In this document: in pieces, positions 1-10,499 of the stretch
Layout of the letters: each line of letters opens with the position of its first letter
Numbering within the stretch: position 1 is the stretch's first letter
Assembly: GCF_047638095.1 (NCBI RefSeq)
Contig: NZ_JBLJBW010000003.1
Location: 15,899 to 79,898 of the forward strand
Direction of reading: 5' to 3'
Length of the DNA stretch: 64,000 nt
DNA from: Azonexus sp.
Lineage (GTDB): Bacteria > Pseudomonadota > Gammaproteobacteria > Burkholderiales > Rhodocyclaceae
Program-made: the position numbers and the translations under genes
The notes under the pieces: model-generated
Told to the model about the DNA's origin: nothing
Seen by the model: the letters and a program-made list of their open reading frames with translations, nothing else
Databases searched by the model: none

Positions 1-1981
1 TGCGGTATTGGTTTTTGACTGGATGAAATTGTCCATTAACACCATGACCTTGGGTGGATTGGCGATTGCCATCGGCGAATTGGTCGATGATGCGGTGGTC
101 GATGTCGAAAATATCTTGCGCCGCATGCGCGCTGCGGCGGCCAAGGGCCTGGCTTACGACTTGCGTGCCTTGGTGGTGAGCGCCTCGCTGGAAGTCCGTT
201 CAGCCATTGTTTACGCAACTTTCATTATCGTGCTGGTCTTCGTGCCGCTTTTCGCCTTGCCTGGCATCGAGGGGCGCTTGTTCGTGCCGCTTGGGGTGGC
301 CTATATCGTCTCCATTTTCGCCTCTCTGCTGGTGTCGGTGACGGTAACGCCCGTTATGGCCTATTACCTTTTGCCCGCCTTGGTGGCCCGTCAGCATGAA
401 GAAACCCGTTTGGTGGCGCGCCTCAAAGCCTTGTACCGGCCTGTGCTCGAACGTGTTTTGGCGGCACCGCGCCGTTTGTTCATGGGGGTGGCTGGTGCCG
501 TGTTGCTGGCTGTTGCCGCTGTGCCTTTTTTTCCAACCACTTTTTTGCCGCCGTTCAACGAAGGTTCGATGACCGTGATGCTGCGCCTTGATCCCGGGGT
601 GACGTTGGCGGAATCGGTGCAGGTGGCGAGTCAGGCGGAGCAGCTGTTGCGCGGCGTGCCGGAAATTGCCGAAATCGGCCGTCGTTCGGGGCGGGCGGAA
701 TTGGATGAGCACGCCGAAGGGGTGCATGTTTCAGAGCTTGAATTGCGCTTGCGGCCGGGGGGGCGGAATAAGGAGGCCGTGCATGCCGATATTCGCGAAC
801 GGCTGAAACATCTGCCCGGGACCTTGAATTTGGGGCAACCCATTTCGCACCGCATCGACCACATGCTCTCCGGCGTGCGGGCACAGGTGGCGATCAAGAT
901 TTTTGGTGACGATCTCGACGTACTGCGCGGCCAGGCGAATGCTTTGCGGGAAAGGCTGCAAAAAATCCCCGGTGTGGCGGATCTGGAAATCGAAAAACAG
1001 GTACTGGCACCGCAGATCAAGGTGGCCGTCGATTTTGCCGCCGCCGCCCGTTATGGCCTGTCGCCCGGGCAGCTGCTGCGCGAATTGCAGATTTTCGTCG
1101 AAGGAGAAAAAATCAGCCAGATCATCGACGGCAATCGCCGTTTCGATCTGCGTTTGCGTTTGTCAGAAGAGGAGCGTGGGCCGCAGGCGCTGCAGAATTT
1201 GCTGATCAACACCCCTCTGGGGGCGGTGCCGCTGGCGCAGTTGGCACGCCTCGAGGAGGGCGATGGGCCGAACCAGATCGCCCGCGATGACGGCCGGCGG
1301 CGCATCGTGCTGTCCCTGAACGCACAAGGGCGAGCGCTGTCCGAGGTGGTCGCCGACGTGCGCGCGGCAGTTGCCGCAACAGCCTTGCCCAGCGGTTATT
1401 TCATCACTCTGGGCGGGCAGTTCGAAGCTCAGGAGGAGGCCGCCCGCCTCATTGCCCTGCTCGCTTGCGCTTCGGCCTTGCTGGTGTTCATGGTGTTGTA
1501 CGGGCGTTATCGCTCGGTCGTACTGGCGGTCTTGATCATGGCCAACGTGCCGCTCGCCCTGGTCGGCGCAGTGCTCGGTTTATGGTTGTCGGGGCAGCCT
1601 TTGTCGATTGCCGCCCTGATCGGTTTCATTACGCTGGCCGGCATTGCCACGCGCAATGGCATTTTGAAAGTCAGCCACTGGCTCAATCTGATGCGTTTCG
1701 AAGGCGAGCGCTTCACCCCGGAAATGATCGTGCGCGGTGCGCTGGAGCGCTTGACGCCGGTGCTGATGACGGCGCTGGTGGCAGCCTTTGCGCTGGCTCC
1801 TTTGCTGTTCGAAGCCGGGCAACCCGGCACGGAAATCCTGCATCCGGTGGCGGTGGTGATTTTTTCCGGTTTGCTGGGCGCAACTTTGCTCGACACCTTG
1901 ATCACCCCTGCCTTGTTCTGGCGTTTTGGCCGCAAACCGGCGGAACGCCTGCTGGGCGAATCTTTTACTGAAACCCTGTAA
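1..1981 (+). CDS. CusA/CzcA-family heavy-metal efflux RND permease, C-terminal ~660 aa (5' end lies upstream of the window)
   Basis: The frame is open to the window edge. The translation carries RND hallmarks (TLGGLAIAIGELVDDAVVDVENI, FLPPFNEGS, C-terminal TM bundle) that parallel E. coli CusA. Metal-handling genes follow. Confidence 0.9.
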   Translation, partial: AVLVFDWMKLSINTMTLGGLAIAIGELVDDAVVDVENILRRMRAAAAKGLAYDLRALVVSASLEVRSAIVYATFIIVLVFVPLFALPGIEGRLFVPLGVAYIVSIFASLLVSVTVTPVMAYYLLPALVARQHEETRLVARLKALYRPVLERVLAAPRRLFMGVAGAVLLAVAAVPFFPTTFLPPFNEGSMTVMLRLDPGVTLAESVQVASQAEQLLRGVPEIAEIGRRSGRAELDEHAEGVHVSELELRLRPGGRNKEAVHADIRERLKHLPGTLNLGQPISHRIDHMLSGVRAQVAIKIFGDDLDVLRGQANALRERLQKIPGVADLEIEKQVLAPQIKVAVDFAAAARYGLSPGQLLRELQIFVEGEKISQIIDGNRRFDLRLRLSEEERGPQALQNLLINTPLGAVPLAQLARLEEGDGPNQIARDDGRRRIVLSLNAQGRALSEVVADVRAAVAATALPSGYFITLGGQFEAQEEAARLIALLACASALLVFMVLYGRYRSVVLAVLIMANVPLALVGAVLGLWLSGQPLSIAALIGFITLAGIATRNGILKVSHWLNLMRFEGERFTPEMIVRGALERLTPVLMTALVAAFALAPLLFEAGQPGTEILHPVAVVIFSGLLGATLLDTLITPALFWRFGRKPAERLLGESFTETL

Positions 1982-1999
1982 TTTTTAAGGAGTAGAAAC

Positions 2000-2371
2000 A
2001 TGAAAAAAATCACCCTTCCCTTGCTGCTCGCCGCTTTGCTGACGGCTTCGCCGGTTTTTGCCCATGAAGGACACGGGCAGGCGGTGCACGGCGGCATCGT
2101 TGCCGAAGCCGGTCATGCACAATTTGAAATCGTCGCCAAAGCCGGGCAGATCACGGTGTACGCCAGCAATCACGGCGCGCCGCTGGCAACGACCGGGGCC
2201 AACGGCAAATTGACCGTCTTGTCCGGCGCGCATAAAGAGGAAATTGTTCTGTTGCCTGCCGGTGAGGATCTGCTGCAAGGCAAAGGCAGTCTCAACACTG
2301 GCGATAAAGTATTGTTGAGCGTGAGCTGGCCGGGTAAAAAACCCCTGCAAGCGCGCGCCGTGGTGCAGTAA
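2000..2371 (+). CDS. Small secreted protein with a His-rich mature N-terminus (putative periplasmic metal-binding protein)
   Basis: Strong RBS (taaggag) lies 8 nt upstream. Signal peptide is MKKITLPLLLAALLTASPVFA, followed by HEGHGQAVHGG. It sits directly after the RND pump gene. Confidence 0.6.
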   Translation: MKKITLPLLLAALLTASPVFAHEGHGQAVHGGIVAEAGHAQFEIVAKAGQITVYASNHGAPLATTGANGKLTVLSGAHKEEIVLLPAGEDLLQGKGSLNTGDKVLLSVSWPGKKPLQARAVVQ

Positions 2372-2381
2372 GGGGGCGACT

Positions 2382-2846
2382 ATGCAAATGCAAAAAACAC
2401 GTCGCAGTTTCTTGCTGGCAGCGCTCGCGCTGCCGTGTTCCGGCCTTGTGCTGGCGGCCCGCGCGCAAATTGCAGTTGAAGTTTGGAAAAGCCCGCACTG
2501 CGGCTGCTGCGGGGACTGGGTGGCGCATCTGGAAGCCAACGGTTTCAAGGTCACGGTGCATGCCGTTGACGATCTCGACGCGCAGCGCCGCCGTCTCGGT
2601 ATGCCGCAGCGTTATGCCTCCTGCCATACGGCCAAGGTGGGCGCTTATTTGCTCGAAGGTCATGTGCCGGCAGCCGACATCCAGCGTCTCTTGCGCGAAC
2701 AGCCGCGTGCCGTTGGCTTGGCCGTGCCGGGTATGCCCGTCGGTTCACCCGGCATGGATGGTCCGGCCTATGGTGGGCGCAAAGATGTATACACGGTGCT
2801 TTTGGTCGAACAGGGCGGCGGGGCGAGGGCGTTTACCCATTACTGA
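2382..2846 (+). CDS. DUF411-family (CopG-like) periplasmic metal-binding protein with a Tat-type signal
   Basis: Has a TRRSFLLAA twin-arginine signal, a CGCC motif, and conserved SCHTAKV / GHVP / VPGMPxGSPGM blocks typical of DUF411 (family recalled from memory). Confidence 0.8.
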   Translation: MQMQKTRRSFLLAALALPCSGLVLAARAQIAVEVWKSPHCGCCGDWVAHLEANGFKVTVHAVDDLDAQRRRLGMPQRYASCHTAKVGAYLLEGHVPAADIQRLLREQPRAVGLAVPGMPVGSPGMDGPAYGGRKDVYTVLLVEQGGGARAFTHY

Positions 2847-2868
2847 GCCGCTGCGATGACATTTGCCG

Positions 2869-2915
2869 CGCCCTTGGCCTCCGGGCTGGCGAAGCCTTTC
2901 AACAGGCCAAGGGCG
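2869..2915. other. Long GC-rich hairpin (12-bp stem cgcccttggcct / aggccaagggcg, 23-nt loop) downstream of the DUF411 gene
   Basis: The inverted repeat was read directly. There is no T-run, so its role as a terminator or REP-like element is uncertain. Confidence 0.3.
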
Positions 2916-3067
2916 ACGCGGCAGAGCTTCTAAATGCGCATACATTGCCGTGCCGCCTTGCTGCGGGGTGTTGTTCAAACCGGATGCGCCACGATTTCGC
3001 CACAGTCAAAACGGGCGCTTTCGGTTACGCTGCCGGTTGTGTGTTTTTTGAGTCTTTTTGAATCCAT

Positions 3068-3829
3068 ATGAAACGCTATTCCTTGAGCTTGCAACCGTTT
3101 TCTCTGGCGACTCTGCGTGCTGCGCTCGGTGCCGGTTGGCAGTTGGCGGGGGCGACCCGCAGGATTTCTTTTTTGTATGCTTTGCCTTTCACCTTGATCG
3201 GTGGCTTGATTTTCTTTGCCCTGCACGACCAAGGTTTGTTGCCATTTGCTTTTGCCGCGGCAGGCAGTTTCATGCTGTTTGGCCCGATTTTGCTGGCCGG
3301 ATTTTTTGGCATTGCGCGGGCGGCCGAGGCGGGTGAAAAAGCGGGCATGGGCGCGATCATCGACGGCTTTCGGCACGCTTCGCCGGCCCTGTGGGTGCTG
3401 GCTTTCGTTTGTTTGCTGCTGTTTCTGATTTTTGTCACCGATGCGGCTATTTTGTACAGCTACATGGTGGGCGGCACGCCCTTCACCTTTGCCAGCATTC
3501 CGGATCGGGCGCAGGAAGCCTCGCGCTTTACCTTTTGGGCCGGCGTATCCGGCTGTTTCATTGCCGGCCTGGTCTATGCGGTGACGGCGTTTTCTGTGCC
3601 CTTATTGGCAGAACGGCGCGCCGAGCTGGTGCAGGCAGTGGTGGCCAGCGTGCGCTCGATCTTCGGTAATTTTGGTCCGGCGCTTGTCTGGGCGGGCGTT
3701 TTGGGCGTTTTGGGCATAGGCAGCGCCTTGCTCTTGCCGCTCTTTCCCTTCGTTTTGCCCTGGCTGGCTTATGCCGGGCGGGAGTTGGTGCGGCAGGTGA
3801 TTCTGGTGGACGCGCCAAAAATTGATTGA
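3068..3829 (+). CDS. DUF2189-family integral membrane protein
   Basis: 253-aa multi-TM protein whose N-terminal pattern (LRAALGAGWQLAG..RISFLYALPFTLIGGLIFF) matches DUF2189 as I recall it. Confidence 0.65.
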   Translation: MKRYSLSLQPFSLATLRAALGAGWQLAGATRRISFLYALPFTLIGGLIFFALHDQGLLPFAFAAAGSFMLFGPILLAGFFGIARAAEAGEKAGMGAIIDGFRHASPALWVLAFVCLLLFLIFVTDAAILYSYMVGGTPFTFASIPDRAQEASRFTFWAGVSGCFIAGLVYAVTAFSVPLLAERRAELVQAVVASVRSIFGNFGPALVWAGVLGVLGIGSALLLPLFPFVLPWLAYAGRELVRQVILVDAPKID

Positions 3830-3854
3830 AATCCTAGAAACTGCTGCATATACT
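3826..3854 (+). promoter_or_regulatory. Near-consensus sigma-70 promoter (TTGAAA-17 nt-TATACT)
   Basis: TTGAAA at 3826-3831, a 17-nt spacer, then TATACT at 3849-3854, about 30 nt upstream of the ATG at 3887. Confidence 0.55.
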
Positions 3855-3886
3855 CGTTGTACCACATTGATCTAACGGGGTTTTTT

Positions 3887-4117
3887 ATGTTGGCAGGAAC
3901 GATAGGAAAATATCAGTTCCGCATCCGTACACGGACTGGGGTGATCGTTGAGCATCTGTCATTTCACGGGCGCGACGAAGCCGATGCACGGCGTAAAGTG
4001 GAGCAGATTTACAATAATTGCCAGGTGCTCGAATGCCAGTACCAGGATGTGCCGATGAACGGCCGCCTGGGGACGGTCAATTATGAAGATGTGATGGATC
4101 TGATCATCGCCCGCTGA
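3887..4117 (+). CDS. Small hypothetical protein (76 aa), no family recognised
   Basis: ORF MLAGTIGKYQFRIRTRTGVIVEHLSFHGRDEADARRKVEQIYNNCQVLECQ... The ATG at 3887 is preferred over the listed 3857 start because 3857 lies only 3 nt downstream of the predicted -10 element. GC looks lower than the neighbours by eye. Confidence 0.5.
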   Translation: MLAGTIGKYQFRIRTRTGVIVEHLSFHGRDEADARRKVEQIYNNCQVLECQYQDVPMNGRLGTVNYEDVMDLIIAR

Positions 4118-4166
4118 CAGGCTGGCGATTCAGTGCGCGGTGCTGTGCGTGATTTTGCGCACAGCC

Positions 4167-4952
4167 TTACGCTTTTTCCGTCGCGCTCTCCGGTAGATGA
4201 CCGCGTGCAATCAGTTCGCGCAATAAATTTCGGTAATCCTGGGCCCCGTTGCTGCTGGCATTGCGCCGGAAGACGTCCTGGCTGAACGCCGGACTTTCGG
4301 CGACAGCAACGTTTTCGGTGATCGTCGTATCGAGCACTTCGTCCCCATAACGCTCGCGCAGTTTGTTGCGCACATCCTCGCTCATGCGCCGGCGACGGTC
4401 GAAGCGGGTGAGCAGGTAGTAACGCGGCACGCGCCGTTTCAGCACCGGTTCGAGTACTTGCAAGGTGCGGGAAATTTGCTCGGCAGCTTGCAGCGACAAA
4501 TAATCGGTCGATACCGGCACGATCAAGAGCTCGCAGGCAAAAATGGCGTTGAGCGCCAACACGCCGATGTAGGGGCAACAGTCGATAAGGATGGGGCGCT
4601 GGGGGTAGGTGGCATCCAAGGTGTCTAAGCCGTGGCGCAATTTGTTGAGTATGGCCGGCCCTTTGCCGAAGATGGAATCCACCTTGATCAGTTGCTGGTG
4701 CGCCGGGATGAGCTGCCCGATATGTTCCCAGGGAACCTCCAGCTCGCGCAGGGTGCGCAGATCCTGAAAAAAGGCGAACAGGCTGTGCTCCGAGGCCGGC
4801 GAGGATTTGCCGTGGATGCTGGATAAGTGGCCTTGTGGATCGAGATCGATGAGCAAAGGCGATTGTCCCGAGCGCTGCAAGGCAGCCCCCAGATTGAGCG
4901 CGGTGGTGGTTTTACCCACGCCGCCTTTTTGATTGAAAATGGCAATTCGCAT
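4167..4952 (-). CDS. ParA/MinD-family P-loop ATPase (orphan; no parB or parS evident)
   Basis: Deviant Walker A motif at the N-terminus (MRIAIFNQKGGVGKTTTALNLG), an LIDLDPQG motif, 261 aa. Confidence 0.85.
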   Translation of the reverse strand: MRIAIFNQKGGVGKTTTALNLGAALQRSGQSPLLIDLDPQGHLSSIHGKSSPASEHSLFAFFQDLRTLRELEVPWEHIGQLIPAHQQLIKVDSIFGKGPAILNKLRHGLDTLDATYPQRPILIDCCPYIGVLALNAIFACELLIVPVSTDYLSLQAAEQISRTLQVLEPVLKRRVPRYYLLTRFDRRRRMSEDVRNKLRERYGDEVLDTTITENVAVAESPAFSQDVFRRNASSNGAQDYRNLLRELIARGHLPESATEKA

Positions 4953-5049
4953 GGCTGGCCCGTTCTATACAGGGCGCTATTTTTCACTTAACATCCACAT
5001 TCCTGCAAGTCTTTCCCGGAAAACGGGAATTTTCCTGCAGCGTCATTTG

Positions 5050-5071
5050 GGCGGCAATGGCCGCCGTTTTT
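5050..5071 (+). promoter_or_regulatory. Short GC hairpin plus T-run in the argD leader (ggcggc-aatg-gccgcc-gttttt)
   Basis: 6-bp stem, 4-nt loop and T5 located 20 nt upstream of the argD ATG. There is no upstream + strand gene for it to terminate. Confidence 0.3.
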
Positions 5072-5089
5072 CGTTTATGGGGGTCGCCC

Positions 5090-6262
5090 ATGTCACATGT
5101 CATGAATACCTATGCTCGCTTGCCAGTGGCTTTCAGCCAGGGGCAGGGGAGTCGTCTCACCGATAGCGAAGGCCGTGAATATCTCGATGCCGTTGGCGGT
5201 ATAGCCGTCAATACTTTGGGGCATGGCCACCCGAAACTGGCGGCGGCGATTGCCGACCAGGCGGCGCGTCTGATCCATACCTCAAACCTGTATGGCGTTA
5301 CGTTGCAAGAAGAGCTGGCCGACAAACTGTGTGCCCTGTCTGGCATGGCGGAAGTGTTTTTCTGCAATTCCGGCTGCGAGGCCAACGAAGCGGCGATCAA
5401 GCTGGCGCGTTTTTACGGCCACAAAAAAGGCATCGAACAGCCGACCGTGGTGGTCATGGAAAAAGCCTTCCACGGGCGCACCCTGGCGACTTTGTCGGCG
5501 ACCGGCAACCGCAAGGTGCAGATTGGTTTCGAGCCTTTGGTGGCTGGTTTCGTGCGTGTGCCTTACGGTGATCTGGCGGCCTTGAAGGCGGTGGCCGAAC
5601 ACAATAAGAATATCGTTGCTGTTCTGTTCGAGGTCATCCAGGGCGAAGGCGGCATTCATCTGGCCGATACCGCCTATTACCAGGGCGTGCGCGCAGTGTG
5701 CAACGCCAATGACTGGCTGATGATGTGCGACGAAGTGCAGTGCGGCATGGGCCGTACCGGGCAGTGGTTCGGCTACCAACTGGCCGGTGTGCAGCCGGAC
5801 GTGGCGACGCTGGCCAAGGGGCTGGCGTCCGGAGTGCCGATTGGTGCCTGTTTGGCGGGCGGCAAAGCGGCGGGCTTGTTCGGGCCGGGTAATCATGGTT
5901 CGACCTTCGGCGGCAACCCGCTGGCCTGCCGGGCGGCCTTGACGACTTTAGCCGTCATGGAAGAAGAAAATCTGCTCGCCAATGCCGAGCGCATCGGGCG
6001 TTTGATTCGTGAAGGCGTGGCGGAAAATCTGCGCGGCGTTCGTGGCTTGGTCGGAATCCGTGGCCACGGCCTGATGATCGGTATCGAACTCGATCGCCCC
6101 TGTGGTGCGCTGGTCGGCAAGGGGCTGGAAAGCGGCTTGCTCATCAATGTGACCGGCGATACCGTGGTGCGTTTGCTGCCGGCGCTCAATTTCAGCGAAA
6201 CGGATGCGCGCGAACTGGTCAGCCGCTTGAGTCTGCTGATTCGCGATTTTCTGGCGGGCTGA
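5090..6262 (+). CDS. argD: Acetylornithine/succinylornithine aminotransferase
   Basis: MSHVMNTYARLPVAF..GQGSRLTDSEGREYLD, class-III aminotransferase motifs and a DEVQCGMGRTG block. Lies upstream of argF-argG. Confidence 0.92.
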   Translation: MSHVMNTYARLPVAFSQGQGSRLTDSEGREYLDAVGGIAVNTLGHGHPKLAAAIADQAARLIHTSNLYGVTLQEELADKLCALSGMAEVFFCNSGCEANEAAIKLARFYGHKKGIEQPTVVVMEKAFHGRTLATLSATGNRKVQIGFEPLVAGFVRVPYGDLAALKAVAEHNKNIVAVLFEVIQGEGGIHLADTAYYQGVRAVCNANDWLMMCDEVQCGMGRTGQWFGYQLAGVQPDVATLAKGLASGVPIGACLAGGKAAGLFGPGNHGSTFGGNPLACRAALTTLAVMEEENLLANAERIGRLIREGVAENLRGVRGLVGIRGHGLMIGIELDRPCGALVGKGLESGLLINVTGDTVVRLLPALNFSETDARELVSRLSLLIRDFLAG

Positions 6263-6265
6263 ATC

Positions 6266-7180
6266 ATGGCGCTCAAGCATTACCTGCAATTCAAGGATTT
6301 CAGCCGCGCCGAATACGATCACGTGATCGAGCGCGCCGGCTGGATCAAGGCGCAATTCAAGAATTACCAGAAATATTGGCCGCTCACCGACCGCACCCTG
6401 GTCATGATTTTCGAAAAAGCCAGCACGCGTACCCGTTTGTCCTTCGAGGCGGGCGTGCAGCAACTGGGTGGCACGGCGATTTATCTCAACACCCGCGACT
6501 CGCAACTCGGGCGTGGCGAGCCGGTGGAGGACGCAGCGCAGGTGATTTCGCGCATGAGCGACATCGTCATGATCCGCACCTTCGAGCAGGACATCATCGA
6601 GCGTTTTGCCGCCAATTCGCGGGTGCCGGTCATCAACGGTCTGACCAACGAATACCACCCCTGCCAGATTCTGGCGGATATTTTCACCTACATCGAGCAT
6701 CGCGGCCCGATCCAGGGCAAGACGGTGGCCTGGGTGGGCGACGCCAACAATATGTGCAACACCTGGCTGCAAGCCGCGCAAAGCCTCGATTTCAAGGTGC
6801 ATGTGTCGACGCCGCCGGGTTATGCCTTGAACCCGGAGCTGATTTCTGGTGTCGACCCGGCGCATTACGAAATTTTTGCCGACCCGATGGACGCCTGCCG
6901 GGGGGCCGATCTGGTCACGACCGACGTGTGGACCTCGATGGGTTTCGAAGCGGAAAACGAAGCGCGGAAGAAGGCATTCGCCGACTGGTGCGTGGACGCC
7001 GAAATGATGGCGGCAGCCAACGCGCAGGCGCTGTTTATGCACTGCTTGCCGGCGCACCGTGGCGAGGAAGTCACCGCCGAGGTGATCGATGGCCCGCAGT
7101 CGGTGGTGTGGGACGAAGCGGAAAACCGCCTGCACGTGCAAAAAGCGCTGATGGAATATCTGGTGCTGGGCAAGGTTTGA
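6266..7180 (+). CDS. argF: Ornithine carbamoyltransferase
   Basis: STRTR, HPCQ and [11 protein letters not shown] motifs; 304 aa. Confidence 0.95.
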   Translation: MALKHYLQFKDFSRAEYDHVIERAGWIKAQFKNYQKYWPLTDRTLVMIFEKASTRTRLSFEAGVQQLGGTAIYLNTRDSQLGRGEPVEDAAQVISRMSDIVMIRTFEQDIIERFAANSRVPVINGLTNEYHPCQILADIFTYIEHRGPIQGKTVAWVGDANNMCNTWLQAAQSLDFKVHVSTPPGYALNPELISGVDPAHYEIFADPMDACRGADLVTTDVWTSMGFEAENEARKKAFADWCVDAEMMAAANAQALFMHCLPAHRGEEVTAEVIDGPQSVVWDEAENRLHVQKALMEYLVLGKV

Positions 7181-7235
7181 TTTTTTTGCCGCGCGGCAGG
7201 GGCCGGCGGCGGTAACACAGAGCAAGGAAAGCGAA

Positions 7236-8465
<1,230 letters not shown>

Positions 8466-8487
8466 GCCTTAAGGAAAGGACGCAAGG

Positions 8488-8724
8488 ATGGAACCCGCCG
8501 CACCACCGACCGGGCTTTTTGGCCTCTCCGAGGAACAAATCGCTGATTTTTTCTCGACCTGGGGGGTGGGCGCGTTCATCGTTTTCATGCTGTTCATCAT
8601 CGGCGAGATCGCCTGGCGCTCGAAAGCGGGCAAGACCGGGACTTTCGTCCTGTTCTTCGTGCTCGCCTTCGGCATGCTGGGCTTCATCGCCAAAGGCATC
8701 ATCCAGAAAATGTGGGGAATCTGA
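8488..8724 (+). CDS. DUF2788-family small membrane protein
   Basis: 78 aa with two TM helices. Family assignment is from memory. Confidence 0.6.
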   Translation: MEPAAPPTGLFGLSEEQIADFFSTWGVGAFIVFMLFIIGEIAWRSKAGKTGTFVLFFVLAFGMLGFIAKGIIQKMWGI

Positions 8725-8725
8725 A

Positions 8726-9040
8726 ATGTCGCAACAATTCGATCAAGTCAGCGTCGTCAAGGCCGCCAATGTCTATTTCGACGGCAAGTGCGTCAGCCAT
8801 ACCGTGATCCTGGCCGACGGCACGAAAAAAACCGTCGGCGTCATCCTGCCCGCCACGCTCACCTTCAACACCGGCGCGCCGGAAATCATGGAAGGTGTGG
8901 GCGGCACCTGCCGCGTCAAACTCAAGGGCGAAAGCGAATGGACGCGCTACGGCGCGGGCCAGTCTTTCAATGTGCCGGGTGATTCGTCGTTCGACATCGC
9001 CTGCGACGAGCCGTATCACTACGTCTGCCACTTCGGGTAA
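8726..9040 (+). CDS. ppnP: Pyrimidine/purine nucleoside phosphorylase (PpnP/YaiE, DUF1255)
   Basis: [27 protein letters not shown]...; about 104 aa. The internal ATG at 8726 was chosen over the long upstream extension, which overlaps the previous gene. Confidence 0.85.
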   Translation: MSQQFDQVSVVKAANVYFDGKCVSHTVILADGTKKTVGVILPATLTFNTGAPEIMEGVGGTCRVKLKGESEWTRYGAGQSFNVPGDSSFDIACDEPYHYVCHFG

Positions 9041-9045
9041 GCGCC

Positions 9046-9540
9046 ATGCCCAGTTTTGATTTCACTTCCGAAGCCGACATGGTGGCCTTGAAAAACGCCG
9101 TCGACGTCGCCGCCCGTCAGATCGACAATCGCTACGACTTCAAAGGCACTTCCGCCAAGGTCGAACTGAACGAAAAAGACAAGCTCATCACCCTGTGGGG
9201 CGATTCCGAATTCCAGCTCGACCAGATCAAGGACATTCTTTTTCCCGCCCTGGAAAAAAAGGAAAAAGACAGTGTCAAACGTCTCGATGCGCAAAAAATC
9301 CAGAGCGTTTCCGGCAACAAAGCCAAGCAGGAACTGAAGATCAAGGACGGCATCGACAGCGAACTCGCCAAGAAAATCGTCAAACTCATCAAAGACGCCA
9401 AGCTCAAAGCGCAAGCCGCTATTCAAGGTGACGCCGTGCGCGTCTCCGGCAAAAAGATCGACGAACTACGCGAAGCCATCACGCTGGTGCGCGGCAAGAT
9501 CACCGACTTCCCGATCAAGGATGGGAATTACCGGGATTGA
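9046..9540 (+). CDS. yajQ: YajQ-family nucleotide/cyclic-di-GMP-binding protein (UPF0234)
   Basis: MPSFDFTSEADMVALKNAVDVAARQIDNRYDFKG is the canonical YajQ N-terminus. Confidence 0.9.
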   Translation: MPSFDFTSEADMVALKNAVDVAARQIDNRYDFKGTSAKVELNEKDKLITLWGDSEFQLDQIKDILFPALEKKEKDSVKRLDAQKIQSVSGNKAKQELKIKDGIDSELAKKIVKLIKDAKLKAQAAIQGDAVRVSGKKIDELREAITLVRGKITDFPIKDGNYRD

Positions 9541-9729
9541 GGTGGGGTAAGGGGCGAAACGAGCGTGATGGAGGGGGGCTTGACAGCGAATTGCTGAAAG
9601 AAACTTCTCTTAAATCGCCGTCATCTGTTGCATCTGGCAGCCCGAACCAGGAAAAGTGTGATTGCCGATTTCCAGGTTTTCTCCACTGCGTTTCCCCAAA
9701 ACATATCTAAAAAATAAAGTTTGAATTTA

Positions 9730-9759
9730 CTGGCCGGCGCAGTTTTTTGCGCCGGCCAG
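9730..9759. terminator. Perfect 12-bp GC hairpin (ctggccggcgca / tgcgccggccag), probable terminator for the convergent SDR gene
   Basis: Inverted repeat with a T-rich loop, 15 nt beyond the stop of the minus-strand gene. A/T-rich sequence follows on the minus strand. Confidence 0.6.
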
Positions 9760-9773
9760 TGAAATGAGCGCTG

Positions 9774-10499
9774 CTACTCGCCCAAACGAAACCCGGGTAC
9801 CCAACCCAGGGCGTCGGCCGCTTTATTGATGCAGACCGTGCCATCGTCCTCGGCAATGTTATATATCCCCCTGACGCCACGAGTCAGCGCCCGCCGCGCG
9901 GCATCTGCGGCATCATCGACATGCAGTGGTCCGTCGCTGGGGGCTAGATCGAACCCCGTTCCCGGCCCATAGAGCTTCCCGTAGCGCAGAACGACTCCCG
10001 TGAGTGGTGCGTTAAGCACTTGCTGCTCAAGACTGGCAACCGCGCGCGCAGTCTCACCAAAGGCAGGGTCATCCAGGCACAACGGCGCCTCTTCACGGTA
10101 GGGCCTCGGGCCAGGTGCATAGACGAAGGCCAGGCTTTGCGCCACCATGCGCTTCGCACCTGCGGCGACGGCAGCGGCGACCAGGTTACGCGTGCCGATT
10201 TCGCGGAGCCGCGCATTGCGCACCAAGGCTGCGGCCATCTGCGTAGGCTCAAGAGCCGGAGGCAGGTCGGTCAGTTGATGAAGCACGATCTCAGGCTGCG
10301 CTTTGCGCATTATTTCGAGCAATAGAGGCTCGTTGAATACGTCAACGATGGCTGGTTCAACGCCGAGCTCGCGCAGCATTGCCGCTTTCTCTGGCGAACG
10401 GGTCGTACCAGTAACAGACCAGCCCTCAGCAACGAGCAAGCGGCAGAGCCTTCGACCGATCGCCCCACTCGCGCCTGCAACAAAGATTTTTCTATTCAT
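9774..10499 (-). CDS. NAD(P)-binding SDR/epimerase-family oxidoreductase
   Basis: N-terminal Rossmann motif IFVAGASGAIGRRL; 241 aa; AGGA RBS 9 nt upstream of the ATG. Confidence 0.8.
   Translation of the reverse strand: MNRKIFVAGASGAIGRRLCRLLVAEGWSVTGTTRSPEKAAMLRELGVEPAIVDVFNEPLLLEIMRKAQPEIVLHQLTDLPPALEPTQMAAALVRNARLREIGTRNLVAAAVAAGAKRMVAQSLAFVYAPGPRPYREEAPLCLDDPAFGETARAVASLEQQVLNAPLTGVVLRYGKLYGPGTGFDLAPSDGPLHVDDAADAARRALTRGVRGIYNIAEDDGTVCINKAADALGWVPGFRLGE

Noticed and set aside
8519-8725. 69-codon N-terminal extension of the ppnP ORF
   Set aside because: It overlaps the DUF2788 gene in another frame and is Ser/Cys/Arg-rich. The ATG at 8726 gives the canonical ~104-aa PpnP.
9541-9729. Possible sRNA between yajQ and the 9730 hairpin
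   Set aside because: No convincing promoter was found (TTGACA at 9579 lacks a properly spaced -10). The hairpin is better placed as the terminator of the convergent SDR gene.
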